A stretch of 64,000 nt of DNA from Eledone cirrhosa (Eukaryota). Under the pieces are notes generated by a model. That model made no database searches. It was not told the origin of the DNA and was given only the letters and a program-made list of their open reading frames with translations. The position numbers and the translations under genes are program-made. The stretch's first letter is position 1. Each line of letters opens with the position of its first letter. Shown in pieces: positions 40,573 through 52,999 of this stretch. The stretch covers positions 226,052,001-226,116,000 of the forward strand of contig OZ024743.1 in the NCBI GenBank assembly GCA_964016885.1, in the 5' to 3' direction.

Positions 40573-41497
40573 GCTTTCTTTATTAAAGACAAGGGTTTAC
40601 ACAAAGTAAAACATTAAGGACAATACAGGACGGTACAAATGGGCATTTCTGCGTGTAACCCCCCCCCCCCCCAAAAAAAAAAAACAAAAAAAAAAAACAA
40701 ACAGAAGATGTAACAAAAAAAAAGAAACAATGTAAAATTCCCCAATAAGGGGGAGTCTTCCGAGGGACATTCGTGGAGAGAGCCCATTAAAAAAGACACG
40801 GTGACCCTGACCACCAGGGCAAGTGCCCTCTCCCAGTTTTCCACCTTCAATCTACAGGCGCATACTCACTCGTGCCATGCTGGCCCCTCTCACTCATCTT
40901 TCAACAAAATGCTGGGAAGGGAGCACTTCCCTCTCTACCCTGACTTTCCTTTTCAAATGAAATTTGAAAAAGTTAATCAGGGCATCACCGAAGAGGTAAG
41001 TGCTCGTCTTCAGCCCTTTCAAACGCGTCCACCACATTATCGCTTTCGCTATGGCCACCAGACAGATACTGCCTGCCCTTCCCGGCTAAAGGAAGACGGC
41101 GGGGCAATACTCACCAAGTGTTCGACATAAACACACAAGTCAGCAATGCTCGGACACTGGATGAGTGCGTGCAGGACAGTTTCGTCGCCCTGCGCGCATC
41201 TCGGACATGCCAGGGTGACGGCACTTCCATGACTGTAGAATTTATCCCGAACTGGTAAAGCTCCTCGGTAGCACTGCCAGGCCAAGGATTTCTGGAAGTT
41301 GTCCATAGGCCCCGGCCCGAAAGTTCTTCCGAAGAGATTGGCTAGTTGATTTTCGTCGACGCCCAGAATCCCCCCAAGTACGTCGTCGCTCTTCCCCTCC
41401 ACTAATCCTCTATAGAACGATAAGGTGGAGTTTCCACCAATCGCAATCCCCGACTGGTCGAGGGCTGTAAGCGCCTGAAGACATTCCAGTCTCCAAG
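40573..41497 (-). mobile_element. Decayed 3' fragment of a Tx1-like element related to 4295-6216
   Basis: FGRTFGPGPMDNFQKSLAWQCYRGALPVR, CPRC..ETVLHAL..C; AATAAAGAAAGC end joined to (ATT)n. Confidence 0.85.
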
Positions 41498-41504
41498 CGA
41501 TAGT

Positions 41505-41686
41505 AATAATTGTTTCTACTTTTGGCACAAGGCCAGCCATACCCAGTACATTACTGGTACTTTATTTTATCGACCCCGTAAGGATGAAAGGCAAAGTTAA
41601 CCTCAGCGGGATTTGAACTCAGATCGTAAAGGGACGTAACTATGCTGGAAAGCATGTCCGACCCTCTACGGATACTGCCAATTCAC
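41505..41686 (-). mobile_element. SINE family A
   Basis: Similar to 8311-8496. Confidence 0.85.
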
Positions 41687-42140
41687 TAACGATAATAACG
41701 ACTATATATGCTTTTTTAATTGCTAAGAGACCACCACCCACCAACAAAATTGAAAGAAAAACATTTACACATCACAAGATGTTTCAAAACAACACAAAAT
41801 GAAACACTAGAATATAACATTTACAAGAAAATACTAATGGGGTGTGACACAGGAATTGGTTTGCATACACACGTAGACATAAACACACAGTAGACATACA
41901 CGTAAATATATATAGGAATATGCAGAGATACACATACATACACATCACACGCTCTTACTCATGTATATGTAGGGAAACTTAAAACATATTGACGGAATAA
42001 GAATTTAAAAGAATATATTTCTCATTTCTAACTCACGCTTTCTATATATATATATATATATACATATATACTAATATACACATTAAAACATATATATATA
42101 TAAATATATATATGTATGTATATATTTATATATACATATG

Positions 42141-42178
<38 letters not shown>

Positions 42179-42183
42179 TACAT

Positions 42184-42236
<53 letters not shown>

Positions 42237-42758
42237 ATGTGTGTGTGTGTGTATGTATATACAGATATATACATGGAAAGCATACATCTCAAAGAAAAGC
42301 AAAACAATAACAATGATAATTTTGACAACATAACATAATAAAATAATAAAATAAATAAAGAAGAAATATTGCAGAAAAAACATACAATAAAAACAAAACC
42401 TAATGAAATAACGACATAAAAACATGAAAATCTAAGAAAACACAGACCAAACTGAACTGATTGATCAATAGAATTGGTAAAATTTTCAAGAATCGATAAT
42501 ATAATTTGTACAAACAATGAAATGGCAAATTGTTTTGTTAAAAGTTTGAAACGGTTGAAAAAAATAACAACCAATCAAAGATTATATATATATATATATA
42601 TATATTGTATATATGTATATATATATACATATATATATATATGTATAAATATCTATATATATGTATATATATGTATCTATACATATATATATATTTATAC
42701 ATAATATATAAATATTTATACATATAAACATATATATATATACATATGTGTGTATATG

Positions 42759-42883
<125 letters not shown>

Positions 42884-43332
42884 GTATATACCTACGTGTG
42901 TGTGTGTGTAGTTTACATACATGCATGCGTACACGCACATATACAAATTGTCTAATGTGTATATTATGTTTGTGTTATACGTATGTTTCATAAGCATAGA
43001 TACGTAGTTATCTAAAACGAAGACTAAAAAAAACATCTAATTGTTTTTATTAAAATATTTTTTGGGTTCTCTCATTTATGTGCTTTTGTTATTTTCTCTT
43101 CTTCCGAACGAAACTTTGTCTTCACCAAAGTAAGTAAAAGTTCATACACACACATATATTTAAGCAATAAGTGCAACAATAGTAACAGAAACTAGACACA
43201 CACTTTTCGTTATAAAGGTCGCAGTATAGAGTACAAACATACATAGACATATATAGATAGATGGATGGGTAGAGAGTGACAGAGGGAATCAGAAAAAGTG
43301 AGAGCGGAGGATATGCTGAATCAGCAAAATTT

Positions 43333-43366
<34 letters not shown>

Positions 43367-43751
43367 TCATATGCACACAGAAAATGAAAAAAAAAATATA
43401 TATACATATCATTTTTTCAGTTTCACACAAATTATTCAGCATATATATTATTTCCGCAATATACTCGTGTAAAAATTGAACTTTTTAGACCATTTTTTAG
43501 GGTTAAATTTAAGTGGTTGACTATTGAGGAACTTGAAATTCAAGCTAGTATCAAAAGTAGCGTATCAAAAGCAGGAATCCAACTGATTTCTAAACGAATA
43601 AAAACAAAAACTCACTGCATTACAGTAATATTACCGATTCTATGCATCAAAACACACATCCTAGTAAATAGCAAAATCCATGGCTCTTATGAATATTATA
43701 CTCGTATTTATTAAACTTAACAGACTAGCTCAGTGAAATTAATATTTCTAA

Positions 43752-43902
43752 GTTCTGAGTTCAAATCCCGCCGAGGTTAGTTTTGCCTTTCATCCTTACG
43801 GGGTCGATAACATAAAGTACCTGTCATGCATTTGGGTCGATTTAATCGACTTTCCCCTCCCCTCAAATTGCTGGCCTTGTGTCAAATGTAGAAACAATTA
43901 TT
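43752..43902 (+). mobile_element. SINE family A (5'-truncated)
   Basis: B box onward. Confidence 0.8.
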
Positions 43903-44306
43903 ACTATATTTTACAATGGGTAATATATCTACAGGTATGTCACTACCAGCCATAATATTGTATACATGACCGATTCCTGCTCACCGTGTTTCGCATCACA
44001 AATCTCCAAAACCAATATTTTTATAATTCTTGAAATTCAAGTAAGTTTGGATAAATTTTTATTTACAGACATGTATTTGCAATAATATAAATTTGCCTTA
44101 AATTCAGGACGATTTTGTAACAGTGTTATTTCTACATAGAGGATGATTCCTCCACTACAAATGTTGACCTGTTATCCGTGAAATACTTGGGTTGACTTTT
44201 GTACATGATCTATAGACAATTCCAAATATTTTGGCCAAAATAAGTGGTTGACTTTCACACGAGATCGACTATTACTCGAGTAAAACTTTCTGGTATATAT
44301 ATACAT

Positions 44307-44582
44307 ATAATTGTTTCTACATTTGACACAAGGCCAGCAATTACCCAGTGCATTACTGGTACTTTATTTTATCGACCCTATAAGGATGAAAGGAAAAGTT
44401 AACCTCGGCGGGATTTGAACTCAGATCATAAAGGGCCGTAACTCTATGCTGCGAAACATGGCGTCCGATCCTCTACCGATACTGCCAATCCACCGCCCTA
44501 TGGTATATATGCATAATTGTTTCTACTTTAGGCACAAGGCCAGCAAATACCCAGTGCATTACTGGTACTTTATTTTATCGAT
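44307..44582 (-). mobile_element. SINE family A plus an adjacent 3' fragment
   Basis: 44307-44498 and 44515-44582. Confidence 0.85.
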
Positions 44583-44669
44583 GCATAATGAAAATTATTT
44601 ACAGACTGAATAATTTTTGTGAAACTGGAATAAATAATATTGCAATAAGATAAAATAATTATGGTTGAA

Positions 44670-44812
<143 letters not shown>

Positions 44813-46280
44813 GGTCCATCTTTATCTTATAATGCAATAATTATCTGTTTGTACCTTATTTCAATGGCTTGGCATATACGTATAGTTACATATCTATAAA
44901 ATCATACATCCCCTCTCTCTCACACACACACACACACACTCACACACGCACACACACATATATATTTATATGTATATATGTCTGTCCATAAATAGCCTCA
45001 CCCAATATATATATATATATAATATATAAGATCAAAAGATGGTTAAAAGAGTTCCATGTATTTTATTATGCGCATTTCAAAAACAAATATCAGCATGAGA
45101 TGACATTTGCGTTTGCGTCAGATAAAATAGGGAGACATGATATGAAGGTTACAAAACACTTGTGAATAGTGCAGTTTTAAATAAACATATGAAAAGTAAT
45201 TTAAGATTGATGTGTGATATTGGGAAAAATTGAGGGAGGGGGGGGATGAGACAAAGGAGGAGATGAGAGTAAAGAATGGTGGGGCGGAGGAGTATAATAA
45301 GGAAGGATGAGATAGGAGGAGAGATGGGTGATAGAAAGAGAGAGATAGCCTTTATAACTGAGAAAAATATATATTGTTTCACAGAGAGAGGGTAAAAAGC
45401 CGTTGGAAGATAATATATGATTTAAAAGAATTTGAAAATTGATGAAGAGAAAAAAAAATAAAGAATAATATTAAATTAAGGTTTGTATATTGAAGGGTTT
45501 AATAATATGTGCGATGAAAAGAAATTGTTAATATGTATTATTAAAATAAAAATATTAATGTTATTAAGGATATAATGTGAAAAGAAGTAGAAGAGTGGAT
45601 GAATTATGAATTTAGAGGAATTAGTTAGTGTTTAAGTTTGTTTTTATGTAATGTAATATGTATGCGTAATATATGTAAATAGTCTGTTTACAAATGAGCG
45701 CAGAAAGCAAAGAAGAAAAATAGTGTTTAAGGAAGAGAAGACTCTAACATCAAAATATATATGTTTATGAAGTATTTCCTAATGGTAATAATATAATGTA
45801 ATAAAGGAGATTAGTTAGGGTTTAAGTTTGTTTTTATGTATTGTGATATGTAATATGTAAAAGTTAGATGAGCATGAAAGGAAGAAAAATATAATGAACT
45901 GAGGAGGAATAATCTAATGTCAAAAAAATGTTTATGTTTACGAAGGATTTTTAAAGGTAATACTATAAAGTATTTAAAAGGTAATAATACATTTTATGGC
46001 CAATGCTATGAAGAAAGAAGGAAGAGTGGATATGTTGTGGTGAGTAATAATAAGAATTGAGAAATATTTAGGAAGAAAAAGTACAGATTAGAGGTTAGAA
46101 ATTAAAAGAAAAGAGGAAGAAAGGAAAGTGATAAATAGGAATGATATAGAATGAGTAACTAGCATTATATAATGTATAATAAATAATATTGAAATAAGGT
46201 AGAAAGATGGGTATATTTTTAAAGAAATATATATATAAGCCTTTGAGAAAAAGGATTTTAAACTGGTAAAGTATTAGATA

Positions 46281-46814
46281 TTAGCTGTATACTTTATGGA
46301 ATGTTCTGTGGAATTTATGCAAGCAGAGAGAAAATAAGTCAGTGCGTCTATTTATTATAGAATCTAAATTAGATATAATGGTAAATTTTTCACATAAACA
46401 AAGATTACACGTTCTGGATAAGGAGGCATTCAAGTAGGAAGAGGCAGAACAAACTTTCTTCCAAGAGATGTTATAGTTAATATTTTTGTCTTTCAAGGAC
46501 CATATGAGTTCTGAGAGTGCCGTGTTGGTTCTTTTAAGTTGGTATTTAAAAGAAAAATTGTGATTATAAAAACGGGCTTTGAAGGAGATGGAAGTGGAGC
46601 CAAAATAGGTAAAGGAATTGGTGTCAGTTATAATTTTACATTCATAGACTAAGTTTTTTTCAAGACAATGGTTGTTGAGAGCACATTTATTTTTAACAGG
46701 GGAATTACAATTGCGATTAGAGAAATTAACAGAGTTATTAGCAAGTGACCTAGTTTTATCTATAGGAAGAATTGGATTGGAGGAGTTATTTACGATAGGA
46801 ATAATAGTTTCCTG
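46281..46814 (-). pseudogene. 5'-truncated GIY-YIG endonuclease frame of PLE3
   Basis: Hand translation: CNSPVKNKCALNNHCLEKNLVYECKI..TYFGSTSISFKARFYNH..LSELIWSLKD..W..CNLCLCEK..INRR; open upstream of the listed TTG start. Confidence 0.8.
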
Positions 46815-47390
46815 ATTTAGATTGGTATTAAGAACATATCCTTAATTACAGTTTCCTGATTTAGATTGATATTAAGAACATATCCTTAATTACATTACTA
46901 TTGTTATATTTTTATATTTTTAATAGTACATATAAAAATTTCTTTCCATCGCACATATTATTAAACCCTTAAATATTATTCTTAATACATATTAACAATT
47001 TCTTTTCATCGCACATATTATTAAACCCTTCAATATACAAACCTTAATTTAACATTATTCTTAAATTCTTCTCTTCGTTAATTTTCAAATTCTTTTAATA
47101 TATATATTATCTTCCAACGGTTTTTTAACCTCTCTATGTAAAACAATATATTTTTCTCAGTTATAAAAGCTATCTCTCTCTCTCTATCACCCATCTCTCC
47201 TCCTATCTCATCCTTCCTTATTGTACTCCTCCCCCACCATTCTTTACTCTCATCTCCTACTCTTTTTCATCCTCCCCCCCCCCCTCAATTTTTTCCCCAA
47301 TATCACACATCAATCTAAAACTACTTTTCATATGTTGATTTAAAACTGCACTATTCACAAGTGTGTTTTAACCTTCATATCATGTCTCCC

Positions 47391-47461
47391 TATTTTATCT
47401 GACGAAAACGCAAATGTCATCGCATGATGATATTTGTTTTTGAAATGCGCATAATAAAATA
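47391..47461 (+). ncRNA. Type I hammerhead ribozyme (mirror copies 45059-45129 and 47554-47624 on minus)
   Basis: TATTTTAT-CTGACGA-long stem II-GAAA-T-GCGC-ATA-ATAAAATA. Confidence 0.85.
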
Positions 47462-47730
47462 CATGGAACTCTTTTAACCATCGTTTGATCTTATATATTA
47501 TATATATATATATATATAATTTAAAATCAAAAGATGGTTAAAAGAGTTCCATGTATTTTATTATGCGCATTTCAAAAACAAATATCATCATGGGATGATA
47601 TTTGCGTTCTCATCAGATAAAATAGGGAGACATGATATGAAGCTTAAAAAACAACTTGCGAGCAGTGAAGTGTTGCTTTATTGTGCCACAATAAAACTGA
47701 CCTCCTACATATATATATATATATATAAAT

Positions 47731-48112
47731 AAATAAAAGAACAGGAGGCTGGACTGGTGTAAATCCTTGAAAGGTTTATTATACTATGATCATTTCAATT
47801 ACCGGGTTCCATATGAATCAGGTGATATTTTACATATTCCTTTGTTATATTTCGAATACCTGATGATATCACAGGTTTCATATGGAACCCGGACATTGAA
47901 ATGATCATAGTATAATAATCCTTTCAAGGATTTACACCAGTGTAGCCTCCTGTTATTTTATTTCTAATTAACTCCGTATTTGTACCACCAACTACACAAA
48001 TGAAGACGAGTGAACTGCACTACGTTGAGTACTCTCCACAATATTACACCAAGATTGACCATACAGAATAACCAATTCTATCCAGTCGTGAACCAACAAA
48101 TCTAAAGAAAAT
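47731..48112 (+). mobile_element. Fold-back HHR element in (TA)n
   Basis: Arms 47731-47817 / 47877-47963; HHR 47856-47913 (ATAC-CTGATGA..GAAA-T-GATC-ATA-GTAT); unpaired tail. Confidence 0.75.
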
Positions 48113-48131
48113 ATGTATATATATATATCTA

Positions 48132-48253
<122 letters not shown>

Positions 48254-48265
48254 AAATCTATATAT

Positions 48266-48318
<53 letters not shown>

Positions 48319-48330
48319 TATATATATATA

Positions 48331-48371
<41 letters not shown>

Positions 48372-48872
48372 ATACTTTGGGAGGGTCATGTTGCCAATAA
48401 GAAACACACGCACCAGTTGCTTTCACTTCAATTTAATTTATTATATATTTATAAATTTACAAATTTATAAATTTCTGGTTGGTTGGTTGGTTCCACAACC
48501 AGATAGTTGTTTATATATATATAGTCATAGTTCTTTCGTCACACACTCTGTGACCTCTTCAGTGACTGGGGATTTCTTTCTTCGTTTCTGTGCCTTTCCT
48601 TTCTTCTATCCTACGCCATTTTGTTTGTGTGTGGGTTGCGTGCTCAGTTTGCGCATGCGCCACATCCGGGTGTCTGTGTGTGTTTGTGTTCATTTTTCTA
48701 TTTTTCTATTTATATTTTTCTATTTGTTTATTTATTTATTTATTTATTGTTGGTTGGTTGTTTGTTCTATGTGTGTGTGTGTTTTCATTTTGTCTTGTAT
48801 GTGTTTTCATTTTGTGTGTGTTTTCAATTGTAAGTTGTTTGTTCTATGTGTGTGTGTGTTTTCATTTTGTCC

Positions 48873-50380
48873 TTAATTGTAAGTTGTGATGTTGCTGTTC
48901 CACTCATATTTTCTATTTAATTTTGGTTTTAATTCTTTTATGCTTACTGCCTCTGTAATTTGCCTAAACATTGCGTCTTTCTTGTGTGTGGATTCTATTT
49001 TTATTTCTATGCTCTCTAATTTACCCCTGTGTTCTATCTTAGCATGTTGGTAGAGCACAGATGATTCTTTATTATCTTGGAGGTCTCGCCAGTGTTCATT
49101 TATTCGTTCCCCTATACTACGAGCTGTCTCACCTATGTACACTATATTTTTGTTTCTACATTGTCCTTCAGTACATCTTATGCTATATACTACATTTCTG
49201 GTTTTACAGTTAATATGGGGGCTTATTTTACAGGTTATACATTTCTTATCTATACATGAGGGTCTTTGGAACGGGTATGTCTTGCTAATAAGTGTTTTTA
49301 CGGAGGTACCAGGTCTTTCTACTATCTTAATATTGAGATTATGTTTCTTTAGGGCCCTTCTAAATTTGTAGGCTAGTTCGCCTCTAGGGGTTGTATTGAT
49401 GAACATTACACTCTGGTATTTATTGCTATCATACCATGAGTTTATTCTATTGGCCTTGTTCCTAGTTCTTTCTATTCTATTCCAAAATTTGCTCCTATAC
49501 AAGGGGCAGGTCCCATTTATGTCATTATTTACCATTTTTTCCCATTTGGTTCTGGCTCCTTTATACACTCTGATTCTATCTCTCTGATTGTAGCCAGAGA
49601 ACTGCATACGGTGGATGAAGTGTTGTATGTGTCTCTCTAGTTCTTCGGGGTTGCACATGCGGGACACATTTCTCATCACCCGTACCAAATCCGCAATCAG
49701 TATGTTGATTTTGGTATGGTCCGAAATGGCCGAGTTTCGGTGGATCAGATGTTTGGAAGTCATGGGTTTGGCATAATGGGAATGGAGGATTTGTTTTTGG
49801 TTGTTAATTGTATCTAACCAGAGCTCTGTGTCTAGTACAGGTAATCGATGGTTGGGGTGTCACTTGGGTAGTCTATAGTAACTCTAATGCTCTGGTGGAT
49901 GGAGTTTGCTATTTGCTGGATGCTTTCCATTGTGTTTTTCTCTAGTTCCTGACTGTTCTTTAGTGGGGGTGTCTTAACTACGATGTTTATATCATCTACG
50001 TAGCGGGAGTACATTATCAGGGTTAAGCTGTCTTCTAATTGTTCATTAAGTTTTTGTTTAAGTCTACTGTCCCACCATACCATGAATAAGTTAGCTATGT
50101 CGCCTGCAATGCTAACACCAATGGCTGCTCCTTCCTCTTGGGCATATGTTTTACCATTAAATTTGAACATATGTTCCTTAAGGGTTAATTTTATGCTGGC
50201 CCCTACCGCATGTGCAATCATTTTCTTCAGTTCATCGTGGTTTTCGGGTGTCCGTATGGCTCTGGTCCACCCGTTCCATCTATCTGTGTGGGTTTTCTTG
50301 GCCATTGAGGTAATGGTAGGTGGTCTGCCTCTTGCTGGTCTTGTAGGGCACAGGTTGCTAAGGTCATAAGTGTCTAGGTA
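48873..50380 (-). pseudogene. Inverted partial RT + GIY-YIG of PLE2
   Basis: QEEGAAIG, SRYVDD, VVY..YIGETAR; 1-nt deletion near 49862 splits the frame. Confidence 0.9.
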
Positions 50381-51483
50381 AGACACCCCCACTAAAGAAC
50401 AGTCAGGAACTAGAGAAAAACACAATGGAAAGCATCCAGCAAATAGCAAACTCCATCCACCAGAGCATTAGTGTTACTATAGACTACCCAAGTAGACACC
50501 CCAACCATCGATTACCTGTACTAGACACAGAGCTCTGGTTAGATACAATTAACAACCAAAAACAAATCCTCCATTCCCATTATGCCAAACCCATGACTTC
50601 CAAACATCTGATCCACCGAAACTCGGCCATTTCGGACCATACCAAAATCAACATACTGATTGCGGATTTGGTACGGGTGATGAGAAATGTGTCCCGCATG
50701 TGCAACCCCGAAGAACTAGAGAGACACATACAACACTTCATCCACCGTATGCAGTTCTCTGGCTACAATCAGAGAGATAGAATCAGAGTGTATAAAGGAG
50801 CCAGAACCAAATGGGAAAAAATGGTAAATAATGACATAAATGGGACCTGCCCCTTGTATAGGAGCAAATTTTGGAATAGAATAGAAAGAACTAGGAACAA
50901 GGCCAATAGAATAAACTCATGGTATGATAGCAATAAATACCAGAGTGTAATGTTCATCAATACAACCCCTAGAGGCGAACTAGCCTACAAATTTAGAAGG
51001 GCCCTAAAGAAACATAATCTCAATATTAAGATAGTAGAAAGACCTGGTACCTCCGTAAAAACACTTATTAGCAAGACATACCCGTTCCAAAGACCCTCAT
51101 GTATAGATAAGAAATGTATAACCTGTAAAATAAGCCCCCATATTAACTGTAAAACCAGAAATGTAGTATATAGCATAAGATGTACTGAAGGACAATGTAG
51201 AAACAAAAATATAGTGTACATAGGTGAGACAGCTCGTAGTATAGGGGAACGAATAAATGAACACTGGCGAGACCTCCAAGATAATAAAGAATCATCTGTG
51301 CTCTACCAACATGCTAAGATAGAACACAGGGGTAAATTAGAGAGCATAGAAATAAAAATAGAATCCACACACAAGAAAGACGCAATGTTTAGGCAAATTA
51401 CAGAGGCAGCAAGCATAAAAGAATTAAAACCAAAATTAAATAGAAAATATGAGTGGAACAGCAACATCACAACTTACAATTAA
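50379..51483 (+). pseudogene. Partial RT thumb + GIY-YIG of PLE2
   Basis: 352-aa ORF starting just after the YVDD codons. Confidence 0.9.
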
Positions 51484-51788
51484 GGACAAAATGAAAACAC
51501 ACACACACATAGAACAAACAACTTACAATTGAAAACACACACAAAATGAAAACACACACAAGACAAAATGAAAACACACACACACATAGAACAAACAACC
51601 AACCAACAATAAATAAATAAATAAATAAACAAATAGAAAAATATAAATAGAAAAATAGAAAAATGAACACAAACACACACAGACACCCGGATGTGGCGCA
51701 TGCGCAAACTGAGCACGCAACCCACACACAAACAAAATGGCGTAGGATAGAAGAAAGGAAAGGCACAGAAACGAAGAAAGAAATCCCC

Positions 51789-51833
51789 AGTCACTGAAGA
51801 GGTCACAGAGTGTGTGACGAAAGAACTATGACT
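51789..51833 (+). ncRNA. Minimal type I HHR of the PLE2 pLTR (mirror 48523-48567 on minus)
   Basis: AGTCA-CTGAAGA-G-GTCAC-AGAGTGT-GTGAC-GAAA-G-AA-CTA-TGACT. Confidence 0.85.
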
Positions 51834-52045
51834 ATATATATATAAACAACTATCTGGTTGTGGAACCAACCAACCAACCAGAAATTTATAAATTTGTAAA
51901 TTTATAAATATATAATAAATTAAATTGAAGTGAAAGCAACTGGTGCGTGTGTTTCTTAAGGCAACATGACCCTCCCAAAGTATAACAATATCGGTTTCAA
52001 CACACGATTTCAGATAAAGAATCTTGCTAAACAAATTCAGAAACG

Positions 52046-52082
<37 letters not shown>

Positions 52083-52085
<3 letters not shown>

Positions 52086-52322
52086 AGTAAGTATGTTTAG
52101 AAACAGTGAGCGGGTTTGAAATTAGAAAATATATAGCTTTCACCGTATTTTTTACTAAAGGAATTTCAGCCTGATAATGGGGTTTAGAACCCTCAGATAA
52201 ATGGAAAAAGATGAGTATTGACTTACATGAGATTCAATACTCATCTTTTTCCATTTATCTGAGGGTTCTAAACCCCATTATCAGGCTAACATTCCTTTAG
52301 TGAAAAATACGGTGAAAGCTAT

Positions 52323-52334
<12 letters not shown>
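52083..52334. repeat. TA-flanked fold-back (~100-bp arms) with a short unpaired tail
   Basis: Arms 52121-52221 / 52234-52334; only partial HHR-like text (GAAAGCTA). Confidence 0.8.
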
Positions 52335-52366
<32 letters not shown>

Positions 52367-52368
<2 letters not shown>

Positions 52369-52840
52369 GATATTAACAAATGGAAACTATATTTATAAAA
52401 CCATATTTATTTCATTATACATATTTCAAAAACACGAATTTAAATTATGGTATGCTTTCATCAGACAAAATATAATATAGATCAGTTTTATAAATAAATA
52501 TTGACATACCCTTAAAGAATGCGACCCTTTCTATTGGAAGTTGCCGGATACTATCCCGGATACTATCCGGGAGCTCCCAACAGAAATGGTTGCATTTTTT
52601 AAGGGTATGTCAATATTTATTTATAAAACTGATCTATATTATATTTTGTCTGATGAAAGCACACCATAATTTAACTTGGTGTCCTTGAAATATGTATAAT
52701 GAAATAAATATGGTTTTACAAATATAGTTTCCATTTGTTAATATCGTATGTTTACTCCAAATACTTGTTGAGTGCTTTATATCAGTTATAAAAATATTTG
52801 CTTGTTGTATCCCAACAATTTAATTAGAACTTTTGCATAT
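52367..52840 (+). mobile_element. Fold-back element with HHR in both arms
   Basis: ~180-bp arms 52367-52545 / 52570-52747; HHR 52642-52706 (+) and 52408-52472 (-); related fragment at ~9366-9406. Confidence 0.8.
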
Positions 52841-52848
52841 ATATATAA

Positions 52849-52905
<57 letters not shown>

Positions 52906-52950
52906 GGAGGTGAGTTTATTTGTATATAAATATATATGTATGTGTGTGTA

Positions 52951-52996
<46 letters not shown>

Positions 52997-52999
<3 letters not shown>

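Larger units (their letters stand above)
45025..47497 (-). mobile_element. Truncated PLE3 with ~530-bp terminal inverted arms
   Basis: Arms ~45025-45560 and ~46945-47497; GIY-YIG frame on minus; HHR in both arms; TA flanks. Confidence 0.85.
48364..52050 (+). mobile_element. PLE2: 5'-truncated Penelope-like element with a long inverted arm (48364-50380)
   Basis: Near-identical inverted copies; protein clearly homologous to PLE1; TA flanks. Confidence 0.95.

Noticed and set aside
44170-44285. Possible pogo/Tc2-type terminal remnant
   Set aside because: Too degenerate and no partner end found
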